From assembly GCA_040235565.1 (NCBI GenBank), contig JBECLA010000043.1:4687-68686 (forward strand): 64,000 nt of DNA, in the 5' to 3' direction. This DNA comes from Thiohalomonadales bacterium. Lineage in GTDB: Bacteria > Pseudomonadota > Gammaproteobacteria > UBA6429 > Thiohalophilaceae. The position numbers and the translations under genes are program-made. This document shows, piece after piece, positions 20,140-29,692 of the stretch. The notes below the pieces were generated by a model. It was not told where the DNA came from and made no database searches. It worked only from the letters and a program-made list of their open reading frames with translations. Every line of letters starts with the position of its first letter. Position 1 is the stretch's first letter.

Positions 20140-22152
20140 ATGGATACGACCTCATTGTCTTCCCTGTTTGACTGGCTCCAGCAGAATCCGTTGCTCAGTC
20201 TGCTGCTTGTGTTTCTGGTCGCTTGCGGGGAATCCTTGGCGGTGGTGGGCCTTCTCGTACCCGGGGCCCTGTTGATGGTCGGCTTTGGCGCGCTGATCGC
20301 CCTCGACTTCCTGCCATTAACCGCGACCATCATCGCCGCCGTTCTCGGTGCCATTACCGGTGACGGTATCAGTTACTGGCTTGGCGTCAAATACAATCAT
20401 AACCTCGCGAGCATCTGGCCCTTCCGGCGTTATCCTGACCTGTTGACCCGGGGTGAAGCGTTCTTTCAACGCCATGGTGGCAAGAGTGTGTTACTCGGTC
20501 GATTCTTCGGCCCCTTGCGGCCGATCATTCCGGCCATTGCCGGGATGATGCATATGCCGGTGCGGCAATTCATCGTTATCAACATCCTGTCCGCCGTATT
20601 CTGGGCCCCGTTGTATCTTCTGCCCGGCATCATATTTGGCGCGTCGTTGGAGCTGGCTTCGGAATTTGCCGGGCGCTTTAGCCTGTTACTGGTGGGACTG
20701 GTTTTCAGCTTGTGGTTTGTCGTCTGGATCATCCGGCTCGGTTACCTGTGGTATATGCCTATCAGCGACGCTGTGATGGCACGTCTGGTTAACTGGAGTC
20801 GTCGTCACCCCGTCGCCGGCGCCATTCCGGCCGCGATCGTCGCACCGGAACAGTCAGAAATCCGTGGCCTGAGCCTGCTGGCCCTGATTCTGCTGCTGGC
20901 CACCGCCGGTTTTATCCTGTTATCCGAGCTGGCGGGCTATTTCCCCTTGATGCATAACCTCAACCAGTTGGTTTTTCACACCCTGCAGGCCTTACACAAT
21001 CCTCCCTTTGATCATGCCATGGTATTCATCACTGCCATGGGAGATGCCTGGTTATTGGCGACTCTGGTCTTACTGGTGGCTGCTTATCTGTTTATTTCCA
21101 GACAATACCTGGCCTTGTGGCATTGGCTGCTGGCGTTCGCCTTTCCCCTGATACTGGTGGAACTGTTAAAGCAGTTCTATGCCTTGCCCCGGCCACCGGG
21201 AATGGACATGCTGCAGGATTACACTTACCCCAGTGGCCATGCCACGCTGGCGACGGCAACGTACGGCTTCCTGGCGATCTTGCTGGCGCGTGATGTTCAA
21301 ACACCCTATCGACTCATCATTTACATCAACGCCAGTCTGCTCATTCTGTTGATCGCCTTCTCGCGACTTTATCTTGGTGCGCATTGGTTGTCAGATGTGG
21401 TGGCTGGCATGTTACTGGGACTGGCCTGGGCTGCCTTGCTTGGCATCGCCTACCGACGTCATGCGCCTGAACGTTATCTCAAGCGTGCTGACCTGGGCTT
21501 TGTTGGCGGTTTACTTGTGGTTTGTTTGCTGGCTTACCCCGGTTTCAGGCATAGCCATCAATATGAGCTTTATCAGCCATCGCCCGAGCACTACTTCGCG
21601 ACAAAACAAGCCTGGCTTGAAAGCGGTTGGCAAGCCATTCCACAAGTCCGCGAGGATTTACGCGGACATAACGATTTTGTCTTTAACCTGCAGTGGATGG
21701 GTAATGCAGACAGGATTACAACCAGCTTGTTTTCATCCGGATGGCAATCACCTGACATAACGATGCGTCAGTACCTCAACTGGTTTAAGCCGTCGGTTAC
21801 AGCAGAAGAACTCCCGCTACTACCGCATATCCATGATGGTAGATACGAAGATCTTCGCTTTCGCAGAACTGTCGCGCCGGACAAATTATTTGTTATCCGT
21901 CTTTGGCGATCCCGTATAGCCATCCAGGACGCGGAGGGAAATCATCCCTTGTGGTTTGGCTACATCAGTCAAATGGAAAAGGCCCAACACCTTGGATTAC
22001 GCTATCTGGTAACCAAGCATGACTTTGTAACCCCCTTGCAGTGGTTACAAGCGCAACTGCCGAATCTTGGCCTGACGTCACAAAATCTGGAATTCCGCCT
22101 GCCGCTGGAGCAGAACAAAAAACAGCCAGTTTTGTTACTTGGCGCGAATTAA
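20140..22152 (+). CDS. Fusion protein: DedA-family membrane domain + PAP2 phosphatase domain + C-terminal soluble domain
   Basis: The N-terminal ~190 aa resemble DedA/SNARE-associated proteins (GESLAVVGLLVPG). The central part carries PAP2 motifs (KxxxxxxRP in LKQFYALPRP, PSGH, SRLYLGAHWLSD). About 200 aa of non-membrane tail follow. Confidence 0.8.
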   Translation: MDTTSLSSLFDWLQQNPLLSLLLVFLVACGESLAVVGLLVPGALLMVGFGALIALDFLPLTATIIAAVLGAITGDGISYWLGVKYNHNLASIWPFRRYPDLLTRGEAFFQRHGGKSVLLGRFFGPLRPIIPAIAGMMHMPVRQFIVINILSAVFWAPLYLLPGIIFGASLELASEFAGRFSLLLVGLVFSLWFVVWIIRLGYLWYMPISDAVMARLVNWSRRHPVAGAIPAAIVAPEQSEIRGLSLLALILLLATAGFILLSELAGYFPLMHNLNQLVFHTLQALHNPPFDHAMVFITAMGDAWLLATLVLLVAAYLFISRQYLALWHWLLAFAFPLILVELLKQFYALPRPPGMDMLQDYTYPSGHATLATATYGFLAILLARDVQTPYRLIIYINASLLILLIAFSRLYLGAHWLSDVVAGMLLGLAWAALLGIAYRRHAPERYLKRADLGFVGGLLVVCLLAYPGFRHSHQYELYQPSPEHYFATKQAWLESGWQAIPQVREDLRGHNDFVFNLQWMGNADRITTSLFSSGWQSPDITMRQYLNWFKPSVTAEELPLLPHIHDGRYEDLRFRRTVAPDKLFVIRLWRSRIAIQDAEGNHPLWFGYISQMEKAQHLGLRYLVTKHDFVTPLQWLQAQLPNLGLTSQNLEFRLPLEQNKKQPVLLLGAN

Positions 22153-22159
22153 TCCCGAA

Positions 22160-22744
22160 CTACAAAATATCCATGTTGTGCAACATGGCAGTGATGGTAT
22201 CCAGACGTTGCTTCGCATCTTCATTCATCAATAGTTTTTGTTTATCCGGCAATTCGAAGGGTAATAATTCGACCAGGCGAGCACTGACCCAACTGGCATT
22301 TTCAAATGCCGGTGTCAGGGTAGTGTAAGGCGGTTCAAGCTGATTGATGATCTGTTTGAGCAAAGCCACCAGTTGTTGATGATTTGCCATGACGGGAATA
22401 AAAGGCGGCTCGGGCAACAATTCTACTTCGGCGATCAATAACCGATCAGGCCTGGCTTGTGTTGAGAGAATCCGAAACCGCTGTTCACCTTGTAAGGTAA
22501 TACCAAGCAAGCCATCTGAGCGCTTATGCCAATATCGGATATGCGACAGGGTACCCACCTCATAGGTATCCGCCAGATCCCCGACTTCCTGGCCATTGCG
22601 AATCAGGACGACGCCAATACCCGAATCGGTCTTCAGGCATTGGCTGACCATATCCAGATAACGCGGCTCAAAAATTCGTAGCGGTAAAACTCCGCCAGGG
22701 AACAAAACCGTATTAAGAGGAAATAAGGGAATACTGAGTGTCAT
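22160..22744 (-). CDS. LON N-terminal (substrate-binding) domain-only protein
   Basis: Starts IPLFPLNTVLFPGGVLPLRIFEPRYLDM, the classic Lon N-domain opening. No ATPase or protease part. The start is set at ATG 22744. Confidence 0.75.
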   Translation of the reverse strand: MTLSIPLFPLNTVLFPGGVLPLRIFEPRYLDMVSQCLKTDSGIGVVLIRNGQEVGDLADTYEVGTLSHIRYWHKRSDGLLGITLQGEQRFRILSTQARPDRLLIAEVELLPEPPFIPVMANHQQLVALLKQIINQLEPPYTTLTPAFENASWVSARLVELLPFELPDKQKLLMNEDAKQRLDTITAMLHNMDIL

Positions 22745-22763
22745 ATAGCAAGTGATGTCAAAA

Positions 22764-23387
22764 TCAGCTTTCACCCCAGCGGGGTAATAATGAGTGTTCG
22801 ATGTGCATATGATCCAGAATCCGGGCCACAATAAAATCCACCAGATCATCCATTGTTTGTGGATGATGATAGAAACCCGGATTAGCCGGCAAAATGGTCG
22901 CTCCCGCGCGCGCCAGTTTGAGCATGTTTTCCAGATGTATGACAGAAAATGGCGTTTCCCGCACCACCAGAATCAGCTTGCGCTGTTCTTTCAGCATCAC
23001 ATCGGCAGCCCGTTCCATCAGATTGTCACTATTACCATTCGCAATTGCGGCAAGCGTCCCTGTCGTACAGGGACAGACGACCATGTGCCGGGCCTGATGG
23101 GAACCACTGGCAATCGGTGCCGTCCAGTCCTCACGACTGAATACCGTCAACAGTGAGGCATCTGTCTGAAAGTGTTCGCTGATAAACTGCCTCATGTCTG
23201 ATGGTCTCGGGGGAATATCCAGCGGGGTTTCCATTGCCAGTACCAGTTGTGCCGCCTTGGAGACCAGCAAATACACCGGATAGCCACTCTTTAATAGCAC
23301 TTCCAGCAGGCGCAGGCCATAAGCCGCTCCGGAGGCGCCGGTCATGGCAATGATGATTGGGGCTGGTGACTGTACTTCCGTGCTCAT
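22764..23387 (-). CDS. ubiX: Flavin prenyltransferase UbiX
   Basis: [16 protein letters not shown]-terminus and length ~207 aa, typical of UbiX/Pad1. Confidence 0.93.
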   Translation of the reverse strand: MSTEVQSPAPIIIAMTGASGAAYGLRLLEVLLKSGYPVYLLVSKAAQLVLAMETPLDIPPRPSDMRQFISEHFQTDASLLTVFSREDWTAPIASGSHQARHMVVCPCTTGTLAAIANGNSDNLMERAADVMLKEQRKLILVVRETPFSVIHLENMLKLARAGATILPANPGFYHHPQTMDDLVDFIVARILDHMHIEHSLLPRWGES

Positions 23388-23408
23388 GTCTTTCTTGTTT
23401 TTAATCAG

Positions 23409-24779
23409 CTAGTCCGGTTGATGCGGTGATAATGCTTCCAGCAGCCGGATATGAATATTCTCAAATCCACCGTTACTCATGATCAATATGTGGCTACCCG
23501 GAGTAGCCTGTTGGACAACAGCATCAATTATCGCGGCGGTAGTTTTGAATTGTTGTGCTTTGCCATTCAGTGAGTCAACTATAGCAGTCATATCCCAGTC
23601 CATCTCGTTGGGTTTAAATAACATGACTCGATCAGCGGCCCGCAATGCCGCCGCCAACTGGTTTGTATGCACTCCCATTCGCATGGTATTGGAGCGTGGT
23701 TCCAGGATCGCCAGGATCGGGGCATCGCCGACTGCTTTACGTAATCCCGTCAGGGTTGTCGCGATTGCAGTCGGGTGATGCGCAAAGTCATCATAGACCG
23801 TTACGCCATTTATCTTGCCGCGAATTTCCATACGCCGCCTGATTCCTGTAAATTGTCCCAGACTCTCAATCGCCAGGCTGGTTGGTACACCGGCATGGCG
23901 CGCCGCCGCAATCGCAGCCAGGGCATTCAACATATTATGTTCGCCAATTAATTGCCAATTCACTACACCTTGCTTTTCGGTATTTAAACAGACTTCAAAT
24001 TGATGATAATCGTCAGCCAGTGGTTTGGCGTCCCACCCAACCTGATTGCTTTGTGCGAAGTTCTCTACCGGTGTCCAGCATCCCCGCTGCAACACCTCGG
24101 GTAAGTTCTCATCATCCTGATTGCTGATGATCAAACCGTTACCCGGTACGGTGCGGACTAAATGATGAAACTGTACCTTGATTGCTTCCAGGTCCGGGAA
24201 GATATCCGCGTGATCAAATTCCAGATTATTGAGAATCAGGGTGCGTGGCCGGTAATGAATAAACTTGGAGCGCTTGTCAAAAAAGGCGGTATCATATTCA
24301 TCCGCTTCCACCACAAAAAACGGGGCACTCCCAAGACGCGCCGAAACCCCGAAGTTACCGGGGATACCACCAATCAGATAACCGGGGCTGAGACCGTTGG
24401 CCTCGAGTATCCAGGCTAGTAAACTTGCTGTGGTTGTTTTGCCATGCGTTCCGGCCACGCCTAATACCCAGCGTGATGACAACACATGCTCTGCCAGCCA
24501 CTGGGGCCCTGAGATATATGGCAGACCCTGTGCCAACACATGCTCAACTGCCGGGTTGCCACGCGAAAGGGCATTACCAATCACCACCAAATCGGGAGGG
24601 GGGTCGAGATGTGCCGGTTCATACCCCTCACACAGCTTGATACCTTGTGCTTCCAACTGGGTGCTCATAGGAGGATAAACATTGGCATCTGATCCACTCA
24701 CACTGTAGCCGAGTTCGCGGGCCAGTAAGGCCAATCCACCCATAAACGTACCGCAGATACCAAGAATATGTATATGCAC
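23409..24779 (-). CDS. mpl: UDP-N-acetylmuramate:L-alanyl-gamma-D-glutamyl-meso-diaminopimelate ligase
   Basis: HIHILGICGTFMGGLA N-terminus and the Mur-ligase P-loop GTHGKTTT. GTG at 24779 gives the canonical N-terminus. Confidence 0.93.
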   Translation of the reverse strand: MHIHILGICGTFMGGLALLARELGYSVSGSDANVYPPMSTQLEAQGIKLCEGYEPAHLDPPPDLVVIGNALSRGNPAVEHVLAQGLPYISGPQWLAEHVLSSRWVLGVAGTHGKTTTASLLAWILEANGLSPGYLIGGIPGNFGVSARLGSAPFFVVEADEYDTAFFDKRSKFIHYRPRTLILNNLEFDHADIFPDLEAIKVQFHHLVRTVPGNGLIISNQDDENLPEVLQRGCWTPVENFAQSNQVGWDAKPLADDYHQFEVCLNTEKQGVVNWQLIGEHNMLNALAAIAAARHAGVPTSLAIESLGQFTGIRRRMEIRGKINGVTVYDDFAHHPTAIATTLTGLRKAVGDAPILAILEPRSNTMRMGVHTNQLAAALRAADRVMLFKPNEMDWDMTAIVDSLNGKAQQFKTTAAIIDAVVQQATPGSHILIMSNGGFENIHIRLLEALSPHQPD

Positions 24780-24780
24780 T

Positions 24781-25296
24781 TCAACCACTCACAGGCAACA
24801 TAAAGTCAACAATTTTGATACTTAACATAAAATAACCAAAAGCCAGCAATCCTGCCAACAAAAACCCGATGGATAAAGCATGTCGTAAAATATGGGCTGT
24901 AATCAGCAAACTCCAGATATTCAATAACAATAAGATTAAACCGAAAAAGCCCGGGTCGTTTGCGATGCGGCTGACAATTAGCAAAACCGGCAATGCGAAC
25001 AAACTGATAATAATTCCGGTTCCAAGCAACGTGGTCAGACTCTGAAGTATACGCGCCCGATATCCCATTACCACCAACAGCGCGGAGAGGCTCCCCAGTA
25101 AAAACAGCGTATGCAGACTGACCACCAGGATAACCAAAGCGAACATAACGTTTGGCAGGGCTATATTGAGGTTCAGGTTATCAACAACAAATCCCGACAC
25201 CAGCAACAATAAGAACAAACCTGGTGAATAAGGAACATCCTGTGGCGCTTTCTGGAACAGGCAAATTTCCCAAAATATACGAAGTAGCTCAGGCAT
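24781..25296 (-). CDS. Hypothetical inner-membrane protein (about 5 TM helices)
   Basis: 171-aa strongly hydrophobic ORF sitting directly upstream of mpl. No motif recognised. Confidence 0.55.
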   Translation of the reverse strand: MPELLRIFWEICLFQKAPQDVPYSPGLFLLLLVSGFVVDNLNLNIALPNVMFALVILVVSLHTLFLLGSLSALLVVMGYRARILQSLTTLLGTGIIISLFALPVLLIVSRIANDPGFFGLILLLLNIWSLLITAHILRHALSIGFLLAGLLAFGYFMLSIKIVDFMLPVSG

Positions 25297-25416
25297 ATTA
25301 TTTATATTAAATGTCTGGACAAAATAAATCAGGTAGACACTATTTCATCTAAGACCCATCATACCTTAAGATAATACCCGGACAGAACTCTCTCTCGCTA
25401 AAACTACCGCAGTCTG

Positions 25417-26595
25417 ATGACAAACAAACGAAAGCCCAATGAAATGCGCTACGTCGACACCCCCCAGGCATTGACACAGTTATGTCAGGAATTGCAAGCA
25501 GCCAAGGTGATTGCCGTCGACACGGAATTTATCCGCGAAAAAACCTACTATGCCAAATTGTGTTTATTACAGGTAGCCAGTGACTCGGTAGTTGCCTGTG
25601 TGGACCCCCTTGCAATAGATAGTCTTGATCAATTGCTGGCCATTCTTTACAACTCCGATAAATTGAAATTGTTTCATGCGGCATGGCAGGATCTGGAAAT
25701 TTTCTACGACCAATGGGGCCGTGTCCCGGCACCGGTCTTTGATACACAGATTGCCGCGGCCCTACTCGGGTTCAGTGATCAGATAGGCTATGCCAATCTG
25801 GTAGAACAGTTACTCCATGTTGAACTGGACAAGTCGGCTGTCCGGACCGATTGGGCGCAACGCCCCCTGTCAGCACAACAGCTTTCCTATGCAGCGGATG
25901 ATGTGCACTATCTGTTAAAACTCTACCCAGTTATCGAGCAGCGACTTGGCGAACTGGGCCGAAATAACTGGCTGGATGAAGATTTTAAAGCGCTGACTGA
26001 TTCTGACAACTATGCCAAATCGCCCGAAACCGCCTGGCAACGGATCAAAGGCTATGGTCGATTGAAACCCCGTCAACTTGCAGTGTTACAAGGTCTTGCT
26101 ACCTGGCGTGAACAGCAGGCCGAGCGTCGTAACAAACCACGCAAATGGATTCTGTCAGATGATCTGCTCCTCACTCTCGCAAGGCAACTCCCGACCAATG
26201 CAGCAAAATTGGCAAAGCTACGCGGTCTCTCACCGACTCAGCTCAATCAGTTTGGTGAAGCACTGGTTACTGAGATCAATAAGGTGTTGACATTACCTCA
26301 GGATGCCTGGCCGGAAATAACCCAGACAGCACGTCTCACCCCGGAGCAGGATTGTCTGGCCGATACCCTGATGGCCTATTTACGCTTACTGGGGCAACAA
26401 AACCAGATTAGTCCTGCGAGCCTTGCGACTCGCAAGGAAATTGAAAAACTTGTTCGTGGTCGACGAGATATTCCTTTATTACACGGTTGGCGGGGTCACA
26501 TCGTTGGTAATCCATTGCTTGAACTTATCAATGGTAAAATTGCTTTATCCGTTAGGGACGGTAAGGTACATGCCGTGTTAACCGATAATGGCTAA
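25417..26595 (+). CDS. rnd: Ribonuclease D
   Basis: DEDD 3-prime-5-prime exonuclease motifs (AVDTEF, YAADDVHYL) followed by HRDC-like regions; ~390 aa. Confidence 0.9.
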   Translation: MTNKRKPNEMRYVDTPQALTQLCQELQAAKVIAVDTEFIREKTYYAKLCLLQVASDSVVACVDPLAIDSLDQLLAILYNSDKLKLFHAAWQDLEIFYDQWGRVPAPVFDTQIAAALLGFSDQIGYANLVEQLLHVELDKSAVRTDWAQRPLSAQQLSYAADDVHYLLKLYPVIEQRLGELGRNNWLDEDFKALTDSDNYAKSPETAWQRIKGYGRLKPRQLAVLQGLATWREQQAERRNKPRKWILSDDLLLTLARQLPTNAAKLAKLRGLSPTQLNQFGEALVTEINKVLTLPQDAWPEITQTARLTPEQDCLADTLMAYLRLLGQQNQISPASLATRKEIEKLVRGRRDIPLLHGWRGHIVGNPLLELINGKIALSVRDGKVHAVLTDNG

Positions 26596-26600
26596 GAGTC

Positions 26601-27800
26601 ATGCCTGTCAACGCTGTCACCAATAACAAGCAAAAAAAATATCGTTACCCATGGCGTCAAGGAGGGCATTATCATCTGCTGATCGATGGCCCCCAGTTTT
26701 TTCCCGTCATGCTGGATGCAATTGAAGCCGCGACAAAATTTGTTTTCCTGGAAACCTATTTAATGGAATCCGGCAAAATCGCTGATCGCTTTGTCTCTGC
26801 CATGATCAAGGCACGCCAGCGAGGCGTCAAAGTTTTCATGCTATTGGATGACTATGGCAGCTATTACCTGAAAGCGGAAGATCGGCACCATTTATGGGAA
26901 GCGGGTATCCAGTTGGTTTTTTATAATCCGACCAGTCTTCGCAAGCTGTATCAGAACCTGTTCCGTGATCACCGCAAGCTTTTACTGGTAGATAACAAGC
27001 TCGCCTTTGTTGGTGGTGCCGGTCTGTCTGATGATTTTATGCAACCTTCCCATTCTGTGTTGAACTGGCATGAAGTCATGCTGCAAGTGGAAGGCCCTGT
27101 GATTCAGGACTGGTTTGATTTATTCAGTCGTACCTGGCAGTTGGCAAGCTTATCCCCTTGCCCCGTATCGGCAAGCCCGCCGCCAGTAATGACCGAAGAT
27201 CAGTTAGGTCGGGTCAGTATTGCAGAAGGTTTTGGTCGGCAGGAAATCAACCGTTCCCTGATTAAACGCTGTCGCGGTGCGGAAAGGCGAATCTGGATCA
27301 GTACACCCTATTTTATTATTTCACGCAAATTGCGTCACATACTCCGCCGCGCGGCGAGACATGGAATTGATGTCAGGGTCCTGGTACCGGGACCGATCAG
27401 TGATCACCCCTGGGTCAGCCACGCCAGTCGTGGTTACTACACGCGACTATTGCGTCAGGGAGTACGAATATTTGAATACCAGCCGCGTTTTCTGCACGCC
27501 AAAATACAGCTTTGCGATAACTGGGTATCGATTGGTTCCAGCAACCTGGACCGCTGGAATCAACACTGGAACCTGGATGCCAACCAGGAAGTGGATGATC
27601 CCCAATTTGCTGCCCGTATCGAGACGTTATTCCTGAAGAATTTTGCACAAAGTGTGGAAATCCGTTTTCAGGACTGGCTCATTCGATCTCGTTGGCAACG
27701 CTTGCGTGAATGGTTCTGGGGCCGCTTTGTGCATTTGCTCGAGCTGGTCGGCCGACGACATCTTAAACAACGAAAAAGATCACATCAAATAAAGCCTTAG
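26601..27800 (+). CDS. Phospholipase D / cardiolipin synthase-like protein (two HKD motifs)
   Basis: Two HxK(x)4D motifs: HRKLLLVDN and HAKIQLCDN. Confidence 0.85.
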   Translation: MPVNAVTNNKQKKYRYPWRQGGHYHLLIDGPQFFPVMLDAIEAATKFVFLETYLMESGKIADRFVSAMIKARQRGVKVFMLLDDYGSYYLKAEDRHHLWEAGIQLVFYNPTSLRKLYQNLFRDHRKLLLVDNKLAFVGGAGLSDDFMQPSHSVLNWHEVMLQVEGPVIQDWFDLFSRTWQLASLSPCPVSASPPPVMTEDQLGRVSIAEGFGRQEINRSLIKRCRGAERRIWISTPYFIISRKLRHILRRAARHGIDVRVLVPGPISDHPWVSHASRGYYTRLLRQGVRIFEYQPRFLHAKIQLCDNWVSIGSSNLDRWNQHWNLDANQEVDDPQFAARIETLFLKNFAQSVEIRFQDWLIRSRWQRLREWFWGRFVHLLELVGRRHLKQRKRSHQIKP

Positions 27801-27807
27801 AAAACAA

Positions 27808-27832
27808 GAAAGGGGAACAAAGTCCCCCTTTC
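27808..27832. terminator. Shared hairpin between convergent PLD-like gene and adk
   Basis: gaaagggg-aacaaagt-cccctttc: an 8-bp GC-rich stem between the two stop codons (27800 and 27843). Confidence 0.6.
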
Positions 27833-27842
27833 CTGGCTTTGC

Positions 27843-28802
27843 CTAGCGGCGCCGCGATTTTTTCTTCGCCACCTTCTTCTTGGCCTTTTTCTTCGCGACC
27901 TTCTTCTTGGCGGCCTTCTTCTTGGCCTTTTTCTTCGTCACCTTCTTCTTGGCGGCTTTCTTGGTCACGTTTTTCTTGGTGGCTTTCTTCTTGCTCGTGG
28001 TTTTCTTTTTCGCGGCTTTTTTCCTGGCCGGTTTCTTCTTGGCGACTTTCTTTTTAGCCTTTTTCTTGGTGACTTTTTTCTTGGCCGGAGCAGTTTTCCT
28101 GGCGGGTTCTGTGGCAACAGGTTGTTCAGCCACTGTCGCAGGGGCTTGCTCGACGGGAAGCGTATCCAGGATACGTTCTATCGCGGCAAAAATCTGTTCG
28201 ATCTCACCGACACCCTGGACGGTACGCAGAATACCATGCCGGCGATAATATTCTATCAATGGCGCGGTTTGTGCCTCATACACCTTGAGGCGTTGACTGA
28301 CCGTGGCTTCATTGTCATCCGCGCGCTGGGTCAGCTCGCCACCGCATTTATCACAGCGTCCCTCGATTCGTGTGGGTGAGGTGAAGACATTGAAGATTGC
28401 CCCGCATTGACTACAGGTACGACGGCCAGTGAGACGCTGCATGAGGATATTAAAATCCACATCGATCAACAGGCTGACCTGCAATGGTTTACCCATGTCA
28501 GTCAATAATCTGTCCAGTGACTCGGCCTGGGGAATATTGCGGGGGAATCCATCCAGAATGAAACCTTTTTCGGCATCCGGTTTCGAAAGTCGCTCCCGAA
28601 TCATCCCCAGCACGATATCATCGGACACCAGTTGACCGGCGTCCATCGCGGTCTTGGCCCGCATCCCCAACGGCGTGCCAGCCGCAACAGCTTCACGTAA
28701 TAAATCACCGGTGGAAATCTGGGGGATACCGTATTTTTCAACGAGTAATTTAGCCTGGGTGCCTTTCCCGCCACCGGGGGCACCAATTAATACGATTCTC
28801 AT
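27843..28802 (-). CDS. adk: Adenylate kinase fused to a long C-terminal lysine/alanine-rich (histone H1-like) tail
   Basis: Core: P-loop GAPGGGKGTQA and a lid with four Cys (CSQC...CDKC), ending about ...ERILDTL (aa ~215). After that come a Pro/Ala/Glu linker and ~85 aa of KKKV/AKKK repeats. The start is set at ATG 28802. Confidence 0.9.
   Translation of the reverse strand: MRIVLIGAPGGGKGTQAKLLVEKYGIPQISTGDLLREAVAAGTPLGMRAKTAMDAGQLVSDDIVLGMIRERLSKPDAEKGFILDGFPRNIPQAESLDRLLTDMGKPLQVSLLIDVDFNILMQRLTGRRTCSQCGAIFNVFTSPTRIEGRCDKCGGELTQRADDNEATVSQRLKVYEAQTAPLIEYYRRHGILRTVQGVGEIEQIFAAIERILDTLPVEQAPATVAEQPVATEPARKTAPAKKKVTKKKAKKKVAKKKPARKKAAKKKTTSKKKATKKNVTKKAAKKKVTKKKAKKKAAKKKVAKKKAKKKVAKKKSRRR
27846..28103 (-). 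repeat. Coding low-complexity repeat (AAG/AAA-rich on the coding strand) specifying the K/A-rich tail
   Basis: Plus strand shows recurring cttcttcttggc / ctttttcttcg units. Translation: ARKTAPAKKKVTKKKAKKKVAKKKPARKKAAKKKTTSKKKATKKNVTKKAAKKKVTKKKAKKKAAKKKVAKKKAKKKVAKKKSRRR. Confidence 0.8.
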
Positions 28803-29129
28803 TGTTATCCTGCTCCCTTGACTGTTTGTTGTTGAACGCGCGTGGCATCCGATAACAGACTGCCACACCGTATACCCGCATATGCGATTAAACCTAATGC
28901 CTGATATTCAGTTAGTCAACGTGGATCTCTGGTAATTTTGACGCTTATTAGAACTTTGTGTTTCTAAATTATGTTGTATCACCGTAATAATGCACCGAAC
29001 CGTATGTGTTCAGAGGCTATGCGGCTGCGGCGAAAAGACCAATGGATTCTGTTTTGGCTTTGACACTGCTAGAATAGCCGGCTTTTTCAGTAGCCCGATT
29101 TTCTGATTAAAACCCGCTGAGGCAACCAC

Positions 29130-29678
29130 ATGAACCTGGATAGAGTAGGCCCGGGCAAAAACGTCCCCGATGAAATCAATGTCATCATTGAAATACCGGC
29201 CCACAGCGACCCGGTCAAATACGAAGTCGACAAAGAGACCGGCGCGATGTTCGTGGACCGATTTATGAACACCGCGATGCATTACCCCTGTAATTATGGC
29301 TATATTCCTCACACTCTGTCAGAAGACGGCGATCCGGTCGATGTCCTGGTGGTCACACCCATCCCCTTGATCAGCGGCTCAGTGATCATCTGCCGTGTTG
29401 TTGGGATGCTGAATATGGTGGATGAATCCGGCCCCGATGCCAAACTACTGGCAGTGCCGGTCGATAAACTCTGCAAACTTTACTGCGAGGTCCGGACACC
29501 GGGGGACATGCCGCCCATGCTACTGGACCAGATTGCGCACTTTTTCGAGCATTACAAGGATCTGGAGGAAGGCAAGTGGGTTAACGTCGAAGGGTGGTCT
29601 GATACCGCAGCAGCCCGACAGGAGATCCTCGAATCCATCAGGCGCTACCAGCAGGCGCCCGAAAAACCCTGTTTCTAG
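29130..29678 (+). CDS. ppa: Inorganic pyrophosphatase (family I)
   Basis: Motifs [16 protein letters not shown] and DGDPVDVLV; ~180 aa. Confidence 0.95.
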   Translation: MNLDRVGPGKNVPDEINVIIEIPAHSDPVKYEVDKETGAMFVDRFMNTAMHYPCNYGYIPHTLSEDGDPVDVLVVTPIPLISGSVIICRVVGMLNMVDESGPDAKLLAVPVDKLCKLYCEVRTPGDMPPMLLDQIAHFFEHYKDLEEGKWVNVEGWSDTAAARQEILESIRRYQQAPEKPCF

Positions 29679-29692
29679 CCAGGTGCAGCACG

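Noticed and set aside
27846-28103. Short-period nucleotide repeats that might suggest a CRISPR array or a non-coding tandem repeat.
   Set aside because: The units are irregular, have no spacers, and lie in frame within a continuous ORF. This is a coding low-complexity region.
27839-28248. Plus-strand ORFs rich in Phe/Ser/Leu (FFLAAFFLAFFFVTFF...) that look like odd hydrophobic peptides.
   Set aside because: They are the mirror image of the AAG/AAA-rich lysine tail of the minus-strand adenylate kinase. They have no independent support.
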